Of a stretch of 47,978 nt of DNA, positions 8,516 through 17,111 are shown piece by piece. The notes under the pieces are model-generated. The model made no database searches. It was given only the letters and a program-made list of their open reading frames with translations, and was not told the origin of the DNA. Every line of letters starts with the position of its first letter. Position 1 is the first letter of the stretch. Source of the stretch: a virus (lineage: Duplodnaviria > Caudoviricetes); the IMG/VR virus record IMGVR_UViG_3300037440_000606, positions 1-47,978 of that record; one strand, 5' to 3'. Made by a program: the position numbers and the translations under genes.

Positions 8516-9390
8516 CAGTAGATCTCCTCGTGTTCGTCGGTGGTGGTGTGCTGGCGCTCCACCCACGCGGGCAGGCCGACCAGCGGGATTTCGTCGGTGC
8601 CGGTGTGGCCGTACCAGTGGCCGGTCTCGGTGCACTCCCGGTAGACCTCGATGGCCTCGCGGTTGCGCTGCCGGCCGATGGCCAACGCGTCGGCGTCGGG
8701 CTCGACCACGGTCACCAGATACGGCGCTGCCACTTCCTGGAACACGAAATAGAACGAGGTGCCGTCGTAGGTTTGGTCGAGTGTTGCGGCGCCGTCCAGA
8801 TACCAGTCGGCCTGCGCGGCATAGCCGTAGTCCCACATGGCTCTGCGGATGTGCCCGATGTCCGCCGACCGGCAGCTCTTGTAGTCGACGACGACGGGCG
8901 GCCGGTCGGGGTCGGGTCGGGACATGGCGTCCAGGCGGGCTCGGCGCCAGATCTTGTGCTCAAGGTCGAGCCAGAACAGTGACTGTTCGGCCGCCATGGT
9001 GTCCGGGTCGAGCAGCTCGGCGGCGATGGGATGCTGCCGCAGTGCTGCGAACATGGACCGCACCTGTTCGTGTTGTGCGACCAGCAGCGGCACCCGACCG
9101 GCGACGTGGGCGTCGTCGCGCGCCTGCCGCGCCGCCTTCGTCCGCCAGTCCGCGGCCTCCACCACCACCAGTTCCGGGCCGACGCCGAGCATCAGCCGGT
9201 GTGCGGCGTGACCCAGGTCGTACTCCGGTTTCGGCGTGGGCGGATGCTGCCGCTGGTAGGCGTAGCGGGCGGGGCAGGATGGTGGCAGCAGCAGCCGGGC
9301 GCCGGAGGAGGACAGGCTGCCGCCGGGCACCGGGTCAGCGAAGTAGTCGGCGTCGCCGAGTTCGTAAACTCCAGGTTCGGTGATCTTCAC
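8515..9390 (-). CDS. recE: RecE-like PD-(D/E)XK exonuclease
   Basis: LSSSGAR, GHAAH, R.RLD, VVDYKS, YGYAAQADWY motifs; adjacent to recT; GGAGG RBS. Confidence 0.88.
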   Translation of the reverse strand: MKITEPGVYELGDADYFADPVPGGSLSSSGARLLLPPSCPARYAYQRQHPPTPKPEYDLGHAAHRLMLGVGPELVVVEAADWRTKAARQARDDAHVAGRVPLLVAQHEQVRSMFAALRQHPIAAELLDPDTMAAEQSLFWLDLEHKIWRRARLDAMSRPDPDRPPVVVDYKSCRSADIGHIRRAMWDYGYAAQADWYLDGAATLDQTYDGTSFYFVFQEVAAPYLVTVVEPDADALAIGRQRNREAIEVYRECTETGHWYGHTGTDEIPLVGLPAWVERQHTTTDEHEEIY

Positions 9391-9401
9391 GCGGTCTCCT
9401 C

Positions 9402-9584
9402 CTAGCGTTGGAAGGTGTACCGCAGGGTGCGGTTCACGACGACGGTGTGACCGGTCCGCTCGAAGTGATCCCGGGGCGCGTCCTCGACGCTCGCGCTGCC
9501 GGTGGTATCCCACTGGCAGCGGCCGTCGGTGCAGTCGGCGTCCGGGGTGGACCATTTGCTGGGGGTTTGCACGACCCGGCTCAT
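9402..9584 (-). CDS. Small hypothetical protein
   Basis: 60 aa coupled ORF; C...C...H....H. Confidence 0.5.
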   Translation of the reverse strand: MSRVVQTPSKWSTPDADCTDGRCQWDTTGSASVEDAPRDHFERTGHTVVVNRTLRYTFQR

Positions 9585-9853
9585 GGTGTTGTCCCGGTGA
9601 TGGGTGCGGGGAGTTCGCCGCCGCCGGGGCAGCCGTGGCCGTGGGCGCGGACCCGGCCGTCGGTGTTGAGCGCATGCTCATCCCCGCAGGCTGTGCACTG
9701 GGCACGGTCGGTCATGGCCGCGCGTAGTAGCCGCGGCAGTGCGAGCACGTGGCCTTCGCGGCGCAGTAGCCGGCGGGCGGCGCGGACGGCGAGGGTGTTG
9801 CGTTGCTGCTGCCACCATGCGGTGGGTGCGGCCAGCGCAGTGTGGACGGTCAT
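9581..9853 (-). CDS. Hypothetical Zn-finger protein
   Basis: CTACG...H...CPG; ATGA overlaps. Confidence 0.5.
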   Translation of the reverse strand: MTVHTALAAPTAWWQQQRNTLAVRAARRLLRREGHVLALPRLLRAAMTDRAQCTACGDEHALNTDGRVRAHGHGCPGGGELPAPITGTTP

Positions 9854-10080
9854 CGGACCTTCTCCACACCAGTGGGGAATGCCACGAGATCCTCGGCGAC
9901 AGCCCATTCGCCCTCGTCGACCGACCAGGACGTCCCCCAACCGGCGCACTGGAAGCACAGTCGGCTGCTGGGCATGTCCTCGCTGGCGAACGCGGCCCTG
10001 ATCGCCGCATCTTCGTCGTCGGCCTCGACCTGGCGAGTGGTCGACATGGTCTTGGTCAGGTGGACCCGGTAGGTGTGCAT
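9850..10080 (-). CDS. Hypothetical protein
   Basis: VEADDEDAAI...LCFQCAG pattern; TGATG coupling. Confidence 0.6.
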   Translation of the reverse strand: MHTYRVHLTKTMSTTRQVEADDEDAAIRAAFASEDMPSSRLCFQCAGWGTSWSVDEGEWAVAEDLVAFPTGVEKVR

Positions 10081-10253
10081 CAGCTGTCCTCAAACATCGG
10101 TCGGTTGTCGTCCCAGTGGTTGTCCGCGGTTGCCTGCATTGCGTCGATGCGCCCGTTGGCCTGCTCGGCAAGCAGGACTGCGTAGAAGGCGAGCAGGGCG
10201 GCCAGGCCGACGGCGAGCAGGAGCAACAGCACGGCCACGTAGAGGTTGCTCAC
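10080..10253 (-). CDS. Small membrane protein
   Basis: One hydrophobic segment; GTGA overlap. Confidence 0.5.
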   Translation of the reverse strand: MSNLYVAVLLLLLAVGLAALLAFYAVLLAEQANGRIDAMQATADNHWDDNRPMFEDS

Positions 10254-10504
10254 GCCTCGCCTCCAGGCTCGCCGGCCGGTCGCACGTGCTCGGCCGGCCA
10301 GTTCACCGGCCGGGGCCACGCGCCCACCACGGACACCGTGAGGTAGCAGTGCCGGCCGGCCGCATGTGCATGGTCGTAGCGTGGTTGGCTGGCCGCTACG
10401 GCTGGATGCCACCGTCCTTCGACGTCGCGGATCTCCACCAGGTCGCCGACGTGGATCAGCAGTGGTCCGCCTTCGAAGGGCGCCTCAAGTCGGTAGTAGC
10501 TCAC
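10250..10504 (-). CDS. Hypothetical protein
   Basis: GTGA overlap with whiB; GGAGG RBS. Confidence 0.55.
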   Translation of the reverse strand: MSYYRLEAPFEGGPLLIHVGDLVEIRDVEGRWHPAVAASQPRYDHAHAAGRHCYLTVSVVGAWPRPVNWPAEHVRPAGEPGGEA

Positions 10505-10800
10505 AGCGCGCCTCCTTGGTGGTCGAGGTGAACGCAGCGGCCGGTGTCGCACTGTTCCCGCTGCCATCGGCCACGTGGGCCGAGCCCACCGGCGATGCCG
10601 GACCGGCCACTAGGGTCCCGGCCGGCCTCGCCGGCCATGACAGAGGCCAGGCAATCGAAAAGGACGGGGCAGCGTAAGCACACGGCCCGCGCCTGCGCCC
10701 GCAGGGTCGGCTGGTCGGCGAACCAGGCGTCGGCGCCGAGCGGATGGTTGCGGCATGCGGCACGTAGCCGCCAGTCCAGGTCAGTGATGGTGACGGTCAT
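10501..10800 (-). CDS. whiB: WhiB-family Fe-S transcription factor
   Basis: W..RAAC, WF, A.AVC..CPV...C, GIAGG (four conserved Cys). Confidence 0.88.
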   Translation of the reverse strand: MTVTITDLDWRLRAACRNHPLGADAWFADQPTLRAQARAVCLRCPVLFDCLASVMAGEAGRDPSGRSGIAGGLGPRGRWQREQCDTGRCVHLDHQGGAL

Positions 10801-11063
10801 GGTGTGCTCCCGGTGGTGTGCAGGCAGCCGGGCCACTCCTCCGTGTCGAACAGCGGGAGGATGATCTCGGCCAGCGCATCGGGGTCTGGGATGTGGTGGT
10901 GGTCGCACCAGGCGTCGAGGATCTTCGCGGCGTTCCGCCGGTTGCAGGATGGGTCGGTGACACGCTGGATCGCGGCGATGGCACCGGTGGCGTGTGCGGC
11001 CTGGGCGACGTCACGGGTGTGGTGGATGGCGGCGATGATGTCGGCGCCGGTGTGCTCAGCCAC
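10797..11063 (-). CDS. Hypothetical protein
   Basis: GGAGG RBS; coupled ORF. Confidence 0.5.
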   Translation of the reverse strand: MAEHTGADIIAAIHHTRDVAQAAHATGAIAAIQRVTDPSCNRRNAAKILDAWCDHHHIPDPDALAEIILPLFDTEEWPGCLHTTGSTP

Positions 11064-11400
11064 GGCTGGCCTCCACTTCACGATTGCGGCGGGCAGGGCT
11101 GAAAGCAGCCTGGGGGTTGTCCAGGACCTCGAAAGCCCGGCGGTAAGGGACGTGCGAGTCCCGTCGCTCCATCCACGGGGCCGACGAGACGCCCAAGATC
11201 ACACCGGATCTTTGCAGCGTCAGAAACACGTGCCGGTTGTAGGTGTCGGCTTCCCAATAGCTTCTGTCCTTGGCCCAGCCCGGTGTTGGGACGGTTCGAG
11301 TCCACCGCACGGTTATGCCGACGTTGGGTAGCGCATCCCATGTGCCCTCGGCGACCAGCTCGCGCATCCTTGCGTACAGCTGGGTTTGGGTCTTGGTCAT
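11056..11400 (-). CDS. Hypothetical protein
   Basis: TGATG-coupled to the HNH-AP2 gene. Confidence 0.55.
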   Translation of the reverse strand: MTKTQTQLYARMRELVAEGTWDALPNVGITVRWTRTVPTPGWAKDRSYWEADTYNRHVFLTLQRSGVILGVSSAPWMERRDSHVPYRRAFEVLDNPQAAFSPARRNREVEASRG

Positions 11401-11921
11401 CACCGCCACCCTTCGAGACCGGCGGGCGTCTCCGTCAATGCGCACCGCTCTCCAGGGCGCGGGAAGTTGAGCGCCGCAAACTCACCGGCCAAATCGCGGG
11501 CCGCATCGTCGTAAGCCTTGGCCGCCTCCTCCGGCGTCGAGAAGCGTCCCAGATAGATTTCCCGATAGTTGACCTTGATGCGGGCGCGCCACCTCCCCTC
11601 TTTGAGCGACACCCCTTTGAATGGTGAAGATCCGCCACGAGAGGACCCGTTGAGGCTGTTCTGTGACCGCGTGGCACGCCGCAGATTCGCCCGTCGGTTG
11701 TCGAGCCCGTCGCCGTTGGCGTGGTCTGTCTCTGGCCAACCGGTCAGCACGACATGCATGCGCTCGGTGCCCCATCGGCCGTCCTGGAGTTTTACATTTC
11801 GTACGGCGTAGGTGTTCGTGGGCTGCATGAGCGTGTGCCATTTGAATGAGCCGACCAGATCGAAGTCTGCGTCGTCGATTACCGCGCAAAGGCCACGCGT
11901 GACGGGGATTGTGATGGTCAC
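11400..11921 (-). CDS. HNH-AP2 homing-type endonuclease
   Basis: DHANGDGLDNRRANLR (HNH) plus FKGV...WRARI...YLGRF.TPEEAAKAYD.AA....GEFA.LNF (AP2). Confidence 0.92.
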   Translation of the reverse strand: MTITIPVTRGLCAVIDDADFDLVGSFKWHTLMQPTNTYAVRNVKLQDGRWGTERMHVVLTGWPETDHANGDGLDNRRANLRRATRSQNSLNGSSRGGSSPFKGVSLKEGRWRARIKVNYREIYLGRFSTPEEAAKAYDDAARDLAGEFAALNFPRPGERCALTETPAGLEGWR

Positions 11922-12100
11922 CGGTCCTCCAACATGTCTTGGGGCCGCCGGTCGGCCAACCCGGATACCCGGGCCGAACGGCGGGCCTGCTCCCATTCGC
12001 GGCTGGCCACGGCGGCCAGCCGCCGGTCGAGCAGGTGCAGCGTCACGATGCCGGCGATGATGATGGCGGCCAGCACAAGGCCGCTGACGGTGATGCTCAT
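11918..12100 (-). CDS. Small membrane protein
   Basis: N-terminal TM segment; coupled. Confidence 0.55.
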   Translation of the reverse strand: MSITVSGLVLAAIIIAGIVTLHLLDRRLAAVASREWEQARRSARVSGLADRRPQDMLEDR

Positions 12101-12390
12101 GGCGTGCCCAGTTCAGACACGTGCACCAGGTGACCCCGGGGGCCGATCTTCCCGTAGACGACGTTGTTGTCGACGGGGATGCCGGACAACCCAGCACGCA
12201 TCGCGTAGTGCAGCGCGGCCGGGTTGTTCTCGCAGTCCATCCAGGAGTGGCCGGACACCCGGTCCCACCAGTCCTCCAGCCGGTACTGAGCGCCCGGGAC
12301 CACGGCATGGTGCGCCGGGTCTTTGGCGGTGTCGTTGAGTTGGACGGTCTGCCCGGCCAGCGGGTGCGGAGTTTCGTGCAGGGTGCTCAT
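12097..12390 (-). CDS. Conserved phage hypothetical protein
   Basis: HPLAGQTV...EDWWDRV...NPAAL.YA.R...VVYGKIG...HLVH.SEL. Confidence 0.7.
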   Translation of the reverse strand: MSTLHETPHPLAGQTVQLNDTAKDPAHHAVVPGAQYRLEDWWDRVSGHSWMDCENNPAALHYAMRAGLSGIPVDNNVVYGKIGPRGHLVHVSELGTP

Positions 12391-13679
12391 CAGGTCTCCT
12401 CGTGGTGGTGGCCGGGCGCCGCCGCGGTCTTGGTCGGCAGCACGGCGGCACCCGACGGGTACAGGTGGTGTAGGGCGTAGGCGCCCTGCTGGGGGACGAC
12501 GCCGTTGCCGAGGATGCGCAGCGCGGCGTTGCGGCCTACGTGGTCGGTGACGTAGCCGTCCGGCAGGCCTTGCATCCACTCCACGAACCGGGCCGACAGC
12601 CGGGGCTGTCCGCGGGTGCCGAGCTCGGTCGGGTTGGGTGCCGGACGGCCGAGCACGGTTTCCCACCGTGCGACGGCGGGGGCGTACCGACCCCACCGGT
12701 CGGCGTCCTGCACCACGGTGGATGGCAACGCCAGGTCGGTCCGGCCGTTGCCGGAGCGTTGGCCGGGCCCGCCGTGGCGGCCGTCGCTTGCCCGTGGCGT
12801 CGGCAGCAGGGCTGCCGCGGTTCGCAGGTTTGGTGATCCCTGGGCAGATGCCGAGTGCCCCGGGCCTGAGGTCCCATCCTGAGCCGTAGGTGTCGGCAGT
12901 AGCCGATGGATGGTTTCCGAAAGCGGCCGCCCCGGCTGGTCACCCCACCCAGCTCCGCGGCCGGAGTCCCGTGCCGCAGGCGTCGGCAGCAGCGCTACCC
13001 CGCCATGTCCTTGGCGACCATCTCCAGCGACGGCCGGACCGTTGCCCCCGGGGATGGGGACTGGTTGTTCCCGTACGGCGTGGCCGTTGGCGTGGGTAGC
13101 AACGGAGCCACGTCCCGCAGCCGGGGGCCATGGTCCTTCCCGCCGTGGGTGCGCACCGGTGGAACCTGACGTGGACCACCCTGGCTGTCCGACGCGTTCG
13201 GCGTCGGCAGCAAGGATGAACAGCCGTTCCCGCCGGTGTGGGGCTCCCACGTCTGATGCGCGTACGCATGTCCACGATCCCACGTACCCGAGGCCGGCCA
13301 GGTCTGCGACCACTCGGGATGCTCCCCGTCCAAGGTGTCCTGGCACGTTCTCCAGCAGCACCCATCGGGGTCGTAGGACGCGAACGGCTCGCGCGATGTC
13401 GGGCCAGATCCAACGCTCATCATCCATCCCTTGGCGTTTGCCGGCTGCCGAGAACGGCTGGCACGGATACCCGGCGGCGATCAGGTCGACCGGTTCGCAC
13501 GCGGTGAACTGGGCGGTGGTGATGTCCCCGACGTTGGGCACGTCCGGGTGGTGGGCGGCGAGGACCGTGGTCGCGTCCTGGTCGGTCTCGGCGTACCAGG
13601 TCAGTTCGACCGGCCACCCGGCCGCTTGCATGGCTAGGTGGAGCCCGCCGTACCCGGCGCACAGCTCGGCGAGTCTCAC
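12390..13679 (-). CDS. C5 cytosine DNA methyltransferase (single chain as read)
   Basis: ELCAGYGG (I), GYPCQPFS (IV), ENV (VI), RERLF (VIII), EWMQGLP (IX), GNGVVP (X). Confidence 0.9.
   Translation of the reverse strand: MRLAELCAGYGGLHLAMQAAGWPVELTWYAETDQDATTVLAAHHPDVPNVGDITTAQFTACEPVDLIAAGYPCQPFSAAGKRQGMDDERWIWPDIARAVRVLRPRWVLLENVPGHLGRGASRVVADLAGLGYVGSWTCVRASDVGAPHRRERLFILAADAERVGQPGWSTSGSTGAHPRREGPWPPAAGRGSVATHANGHAVREQPVPIPGGNGPAVAGDGRQGHGGVALLPTPAARDSGRGAGWGDQPGRPLSETIHRLLPTPTAQDGTSGPGHSASAQGSPNLRTAAALLPTPRASDGRHGGPGQRSGNGRTDLALPSTVVQDADRWGRYAPAVARWETVLGRPAPNPTELGTRGQPRLSARFVEWMQGLPDGYVTDHVGRNAALRILGNGVVPQQGAYALHHLYPSGAAVLPTKTAAAPGHHHEET
12995..13423 (-). CDS. Alternative-frame ORF nested in the methyltransferase (beta-subunit-like N-terminal part)
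   Basis: FASYDPDGCCWRTCQ...WPASG...LLPTP x2; the same LLPTP repeat continues in the main frame. Confidence 0.55.
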   Translation of the reverse strand: MMSVGSGPTSREPFASYDPDGCCWRTCQDTLDGEHPEWSQTWPASGTWDRGHAYAHQTWEPHTGGNGCSSLLPTPNASDSQGGPRQVPPVRTHGGKDHGPRLRDVAPLLPTPTATPYGNNQSPSPGATVRPSLEMVAKDMAG

Positions 13680-14104
13680 TGTCCACCCCCGACGGTGACC
13701 CGGCCCGGGGTGAAGCGCGGGGAAACGCCGCCCCGGGCCGGGAGTATGGGCACGCCGCCCCACCCTTGGACGGCGGCGTGCCACCCACCGGCGCGCGCGC
13801 CAACGCGCTGCCTGGTGGGGCCGGCCAGGTGCAGGGGGCGCACCGGCCGGGGCTTCAGAGGTACAGGTGCGTGGCATCCAAGATGGTCAACAGGATGTGA
13901 ATCTTGAACACGATCCAGGTGAACACGGCGGGCTCCCTTCGGGGCGTGGGTGGGCGGGGTCAGGGCCAGCAGGCCCAGCAGCAGCAGCGGATGCACTGCC
14001 AGCGCGGCCAGGCAGGCCACGGCCCAGGCGGTCAGATGGGTGGCGGGGTGGGTGGCCCACACCCGGAACGTGGCCAGGGCAGTCATCGCGTCCGCCCCGG
14101 TCAC
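13676..14104 (-). CDS. Hypothetical membrane protein
   Basis: Hydrophobic N-terminal segment; GTGA overlaps at both ends. Confidence 0.45.
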   Translation of the reverse strand: MTGADAMTALATFRVWATHPATHLTAWAVACLAALAVHPLLLLGLLALTPPTHAPKGARRVHLDRVQDSHPVDHLGCHAPVPLKPRPVRPLHLAGPTRQRVGARAGGWHAAVQGWGGVPILPARGGVSPRFTPGRVTVGGGQ

Positions 14105-14493
14105 GACGGGCCCCCGGCGGTGTCGATCGCGCACAGCACGTCGTCGATCGCCTGGTTGTAGCCGATGTCAGCGGCGTTGCCGGTGTCATCGACCAGCCGC
14201 TCAGCCTCAACCATCTGCCTCACCCGGGCGCGCTCGTCGGCACGGACCCGGGCGTCATGCTCGGCCAACACCGCGGCCAGCACGGCGCGAGTGGCGCTTC
14301 GGGCATTCGGCATGATCCAGCAGTTGCAGCTCGCCAACTCGGCCTCTCCTGGCGTGCTGCCGTCCACGAACACGACACCGCGTGGCCGGTTGGTCCACAC
14401 CGGGCAGCGCTGGCCGTGCTTGCCGTAGTTGCTTCGGCTGGCAACCACCCGGGCGGCGGGTTCCAGCTCGGCGTCGGTGTACGGCTGGCTCAT
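14101..14493 (-). CDS. Hypothetical protein
   Basis: ATGA-coupled; GYNQAIDDV motif common in phage early proteins. Confidence 0.6.
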   Translation of the reverse strand: MSQPYTDAELEPAARVVASRSNYGKHGQRCPVWTNRPRGVVFVDGSTPGEAELASCNCWIMPNARSATRAVLAAVLAEHDARVRADERARVRQMVEAERLVDDTGNAADIGYNQAIDDVLCAIDTAGGPS

Positions 14494-14705
14494 GTCAGCC
14501 ACCACCCGGCGAGCAGTCCGGCGGCTGCGGCCAGTGCCGGACCGAGGGCCAGCAGGATCACCGGCAGGCATGGCCACCGGCGGATCCGCTGCGGCGGCAT
14601 GAACCCAGCCGATCGTCCTACCGGGCTGGTCGGGTGTGGGCGCAGGATGTGCCGTAGCCCACCCAGATCCGGGTCGTAGGGCACGGCGGCGTGACGGCGG
14701 GTCAT
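14490..14705 (-). CDS. Small membrane protein
   Basis: C-terminal TM; coupled. Confidence 0.5.
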   Translation of the reverse strand: MTRRHAAVPYDPDLGGLRHILRPHPTSPVGRSAGFMPPQRIRRWPCLPVILLALGPALAAAAGLLAGWWLT

Positions 14706-14878
14706 GACGCGTCCTCCTGGTCGCGGAACGGCGGCGGCATGGCGGCGTGGGAGCCGAGCCGGTCGGGGTGTGAGCCCACCCAGTCGGGGTGCGGCTCGGC
14801 CCGGTGCCGGCCGTGGTAGGCCAGCGACTGCCAGTCGACGGGGATGCCCTGGGTGCCCGGGTCGGCGATGTCGGTCAT
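14702..14878 (-). CDS. Small hypothetical protein (58 aa)
   Basis: MTDIADPG...YHGRHRA; TGATG/ATGA coupling. Confidence 0.45.
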   Translation of the reverse strand: MTDIADPGTQGIPVDWQSLAYHGRHRAEPHPDWVGSHPDRLGSHAAMPPPFRDQEDAS

Positions 14879-15081
14879 CACGTCACCTCGCGGAGCACGT
14901 CGTCGACGCTCTGACCGGCAGGCCGGTTCTTGATCGCAGCGGCCAGGGCGGCCGCCTCGATGGCACGGTCCACGTCGGTCGGGGTCATGAAGATGCCGGT
15001 TTCCAGGCAGCGGATGCCGCCTTTGGCGTGCTTCGCTTGGCCGCCGCAGCTCGGGACGGGGCAGGGGATCGTGTCGGTCAT
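14878..15081 (-). CDS. Small Zn-ribbon protein
   Basis: CPVPSCG...C; GGAGG RBS. Confidence 0.5.
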   Translation of the reverse strand: MTDTIPCPVPSCGGQAKHAKGGIRCLETGIFMTPTDVDRAIEAAALAAAIKNRPAGQSVDDVLREVT

Positions 15082-15293
15082 CGGGTCCTCCAGTAGATGA
15101 GCGCGCCGGCTACGCACAGCAGCGGCAGCAGCAGGGTGAGTAGGCAGCAGCCGCCGGTCTTCCGCTGGGCGGCGAGTGCCCGTTTCGCGTGGCGGCCGGC
15201 GGCCCGTCCGGCCAGGTACCCATGCCGGTAATCGGGCTGCCGGTTGCGGCGCCGTGGCTGCCGCGGGTCAACCGGATGCGGGGTGCGGGTCAT
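15078..15293 (-). CDS. Small membrane protein
   Basis: Basic N-terminus, C-terminal TM; coupled. Confidence 0.5.
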   Translation of the reverse strand: MTRTPHPVDPRQPRRRNRQPDYRHGYLAGRAAGRHAKRALAAQRKTGGCCLLTLLLPLLCVAGALIYWRTR

Positions 15294-15472
15294 CGGGCAC
15301 CTACCGGGTGGCGTGCGGGGACGGCGGCGAGTAGGCAGCCGGTTCCGGCCAGGGCGAGGCCGAGCAGGGTGAGGGTGCCGATGGGGCCCCATGTGATTCG
15401 GGCGACGGCGGCGGTGGGTAGGGCGGCGACCATGGCCAAGCCCAGGCAGATGAGCACAAGCTGCCGAATCAT
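15290..15472 (-). CDS. Small two-TM membrane protein
   Basis: MIRQLVLICLGL...; ATGA overlaps. Confidence 0.5.
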   Translation of the reverse strand: MIRQLVLICLGLAMVAALPTAAVARITWGPIGTLTLLGLALAGTGCLLAAVPARHPVGAR

Positions 15473-15756
15473 GGCTTGTCCCACGGGGTCTGGCCTTCGG
15501 GCATCGGCTTGCGCCAGTGTCCGGCCTCGTTCGGCTCGTAGCCCTTGTCGCGTAGCTCTGCCTGGGTGCGGCAGCCGTTGCGGAACAGGTGGTAGTCGAA
15601 GTTGCCGACGGTGGTGAACGTCAGGTGGCACACCGCGCAGTGGGCGATCGCTTCGCCTTGCCACCGCGTCTCACAGCCGGAGCATGCGCCGACGTACAGG
15701 ACGTCGGCGGGCTCGGCTGGCGTGATGTCCTTGTTGAGCCGAACGTCGAAACTCAT
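15469..15756 (-). CDS. FDXHR-type Zn-binding protein
   Basis: CSGC..W....HCAVCH.TF....FDYH....C. Confidence 0.75.
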   Translation of the reverse strand: MSFDVRLNKDITPAEPADVLYVGACSGCETRWQGEAIAHCAVCHLTFTTVGNFDYHLFRNGCRTQAELRDKGYEPNEAGHWRKPMPEGQTPWDKP

Positions 15757-16457
15757 GACCGGTCTCCGGTCTGCTCAAGCTTCTCGACGTCGGCACGAAC
15801 GGTGTCCAGGAAGGCGTTGATCTGCTCGGTCCCGCCGACCCTGAGCAGGTCGTGCCACGCGGCCTCAGCCTTGCGGCGCTTCTGCTCGGCGCGGTCAGTG
15901 GCACGTTCATAGCGCTCCTGGGTGGAGGTCAGGTGCAGCCGCTTCCACTCAGCGATGGCCTCGCGGACCTGCGTGTGACTCGGCTGGCCACCGGCGGCGA
16001 GCTTGACGGCGATGTCCCACACCTCGGGGATACGGACGCCAGACCCATGCGCCACCTTGGTCAGCACCTTGAGCGGCCGGAGCTGATGCTCCTGAGTTAT
16101 TTCCACATGTGGAAGAAACTCCGTCTTGATCCGGTAGGCGTCGAGCAGTTGGTAGGTGCGCGCCGGTGCGATCTTGTTGAACCGACCACGCAGCCAAGTG
16201 GAGAACTGCGAGCGCGAGGTCGGGTCGACCGGCCGGCCACCACGCGGCGTCTTCGCCGTCGCGGTCCGCTCGGCGTTTCGCTCGGCCACCCACCGCTGGT
16301 CGCGGTACAGGCGATCAAGAATCTCGGCGGTCCTCAGGCTGTCCCTCTGGGCTAGCCGGTCCGACTCGGCGATCCGCCGCTCGTACTCCGCCAACTCGAC
16401 GAGCGCAGTTTCGTACTCCTGCTCGCTGAGCAGGGTCAGGGTGTCGGTGGCGGCCAT
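15753..16457 (-). CDS. Hypothetical helical, probably DNA-binding, early protein
   Basis: 234 aa starting MAATDTL, TGATG-coupled; F..W......RTYQL...E.QLRPL pattern. Confidence 0.65.
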   Translation of the reverse strand: MAATDTLTLLSEQEYETALVELAEYERRIAESDRLAQRDSLRTAEILDRLYRDQRWVAERNAERTATAKTPRGGRPVDPTSRSQFSTWLRGRFNKIAPARTYQLLDAYRIKTEFLPHVEITQEHQLRPLKVLTKVAHGSGVRIPEVWDIAVKLAAGGQPSHTQVREAIAEWKRLHLTSTQERYERATDRAEQKRRKAEAAWHDLLRVGGTEQINAFLDTVRADVEKLEQTGDRS

Positions 16458-16636
16458 CAGTGATTGCTCCTGCCGTGAACGTGGTTGGTCACACCGACGG
16501 CAGTGGCCGTGATGGTGGAACGCTTGAGCTGCTTGCCCGCCTCGGGCGGGGTGACCTGGACGTTGAGGTTGTCGACGACGACGGACGCGGCCACGCTGCA
16601 CAGCGGGCAGGGGAAGGTGAGGCTGTTGACGTTCAC
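16457..16636 (-). CDS. Small hypothetical protein (59 aa)
   Basis: GTGA overlap with cro; CPLC. Confidence 0.5.
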   Translation of the reverse strand: MNVNSLTFPCPLCSVAASVVVDNLNVQVTPPEAGKQLKRSTITATAVGVTNHVHGRSNH

Positions 16637-16980
16637 CGCGCGTCCCCAGCGGTCTCGTCGGCTTGCTGGTCCGGGTGTGGCCGGGTACTCGGCGGCCTGG
16701 TTCCCCGCTGGCCGTCACCAGCGGGTACTAGGGCCTCTTTTCCCCGGCCCCCGGCGCCCGGCGTCCCGGGCGAGTCTGTGGCCGGCTCGGGGTCGGTGAA
16801 CCAGTCGCGCAGGGTCTCGTACGACACCCGCACTCTGGTCCGGTGACTCAACTCAGTTGCCAGCGCGCGCCAACTCACAGGTGGGCGGACGTCGGGCCGG
16901 CGCCGCTCGTCGATCCACTCAGCGAGGGATTCGCCGAGCCTGAACTCCACGAGTTGATAGAGCGTGGTGGGCTGCGTCAT
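16633..16980 (-). CDS. Cro-like HTH protein
   Basis: SWRALATEL....VSYETLRDW HTH; divergent from the repressor; first gene of the early operon. Confidence 0.75.
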   Translation of the reverse strand: MTQPTTLYQLVEFRLGESLAEWIDERRRPDVRPPVSWRALATELSHRTRVRVSYETLRDWFTDPEPATDSPGTPGAGGRGKEALVPAGDGQRGTRPPSTRPHPDQQADETAGDAR

Positions 16981-17111
16981 GACATGAACTCTGACAGGTG
17001 GCCGCGTGACTTGTCAATGGCAACCCGCTAGGACTAACGGCCAGAGAACGTGGCACGATCAGCTGGCATCCACCCTTGACAAGCGGCTTGTCACTGCGTC
17101 AAGGTTTTGAC
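16981..17111. promoter_or_regulatory. Lysis/lysogeny switch: divergent leaderless promoters and operator
   Basis: Minus: TTGACA(17017-17012)-18 nt-CAGAGT-7 nt-ATG; plus: TTGACA(17076)-18 nt-CAAGGT-6 nt-ATG; inverted repeat TGACAAGC-G-GCTTGTCA at 17077-17093. Confidence 0.75.
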
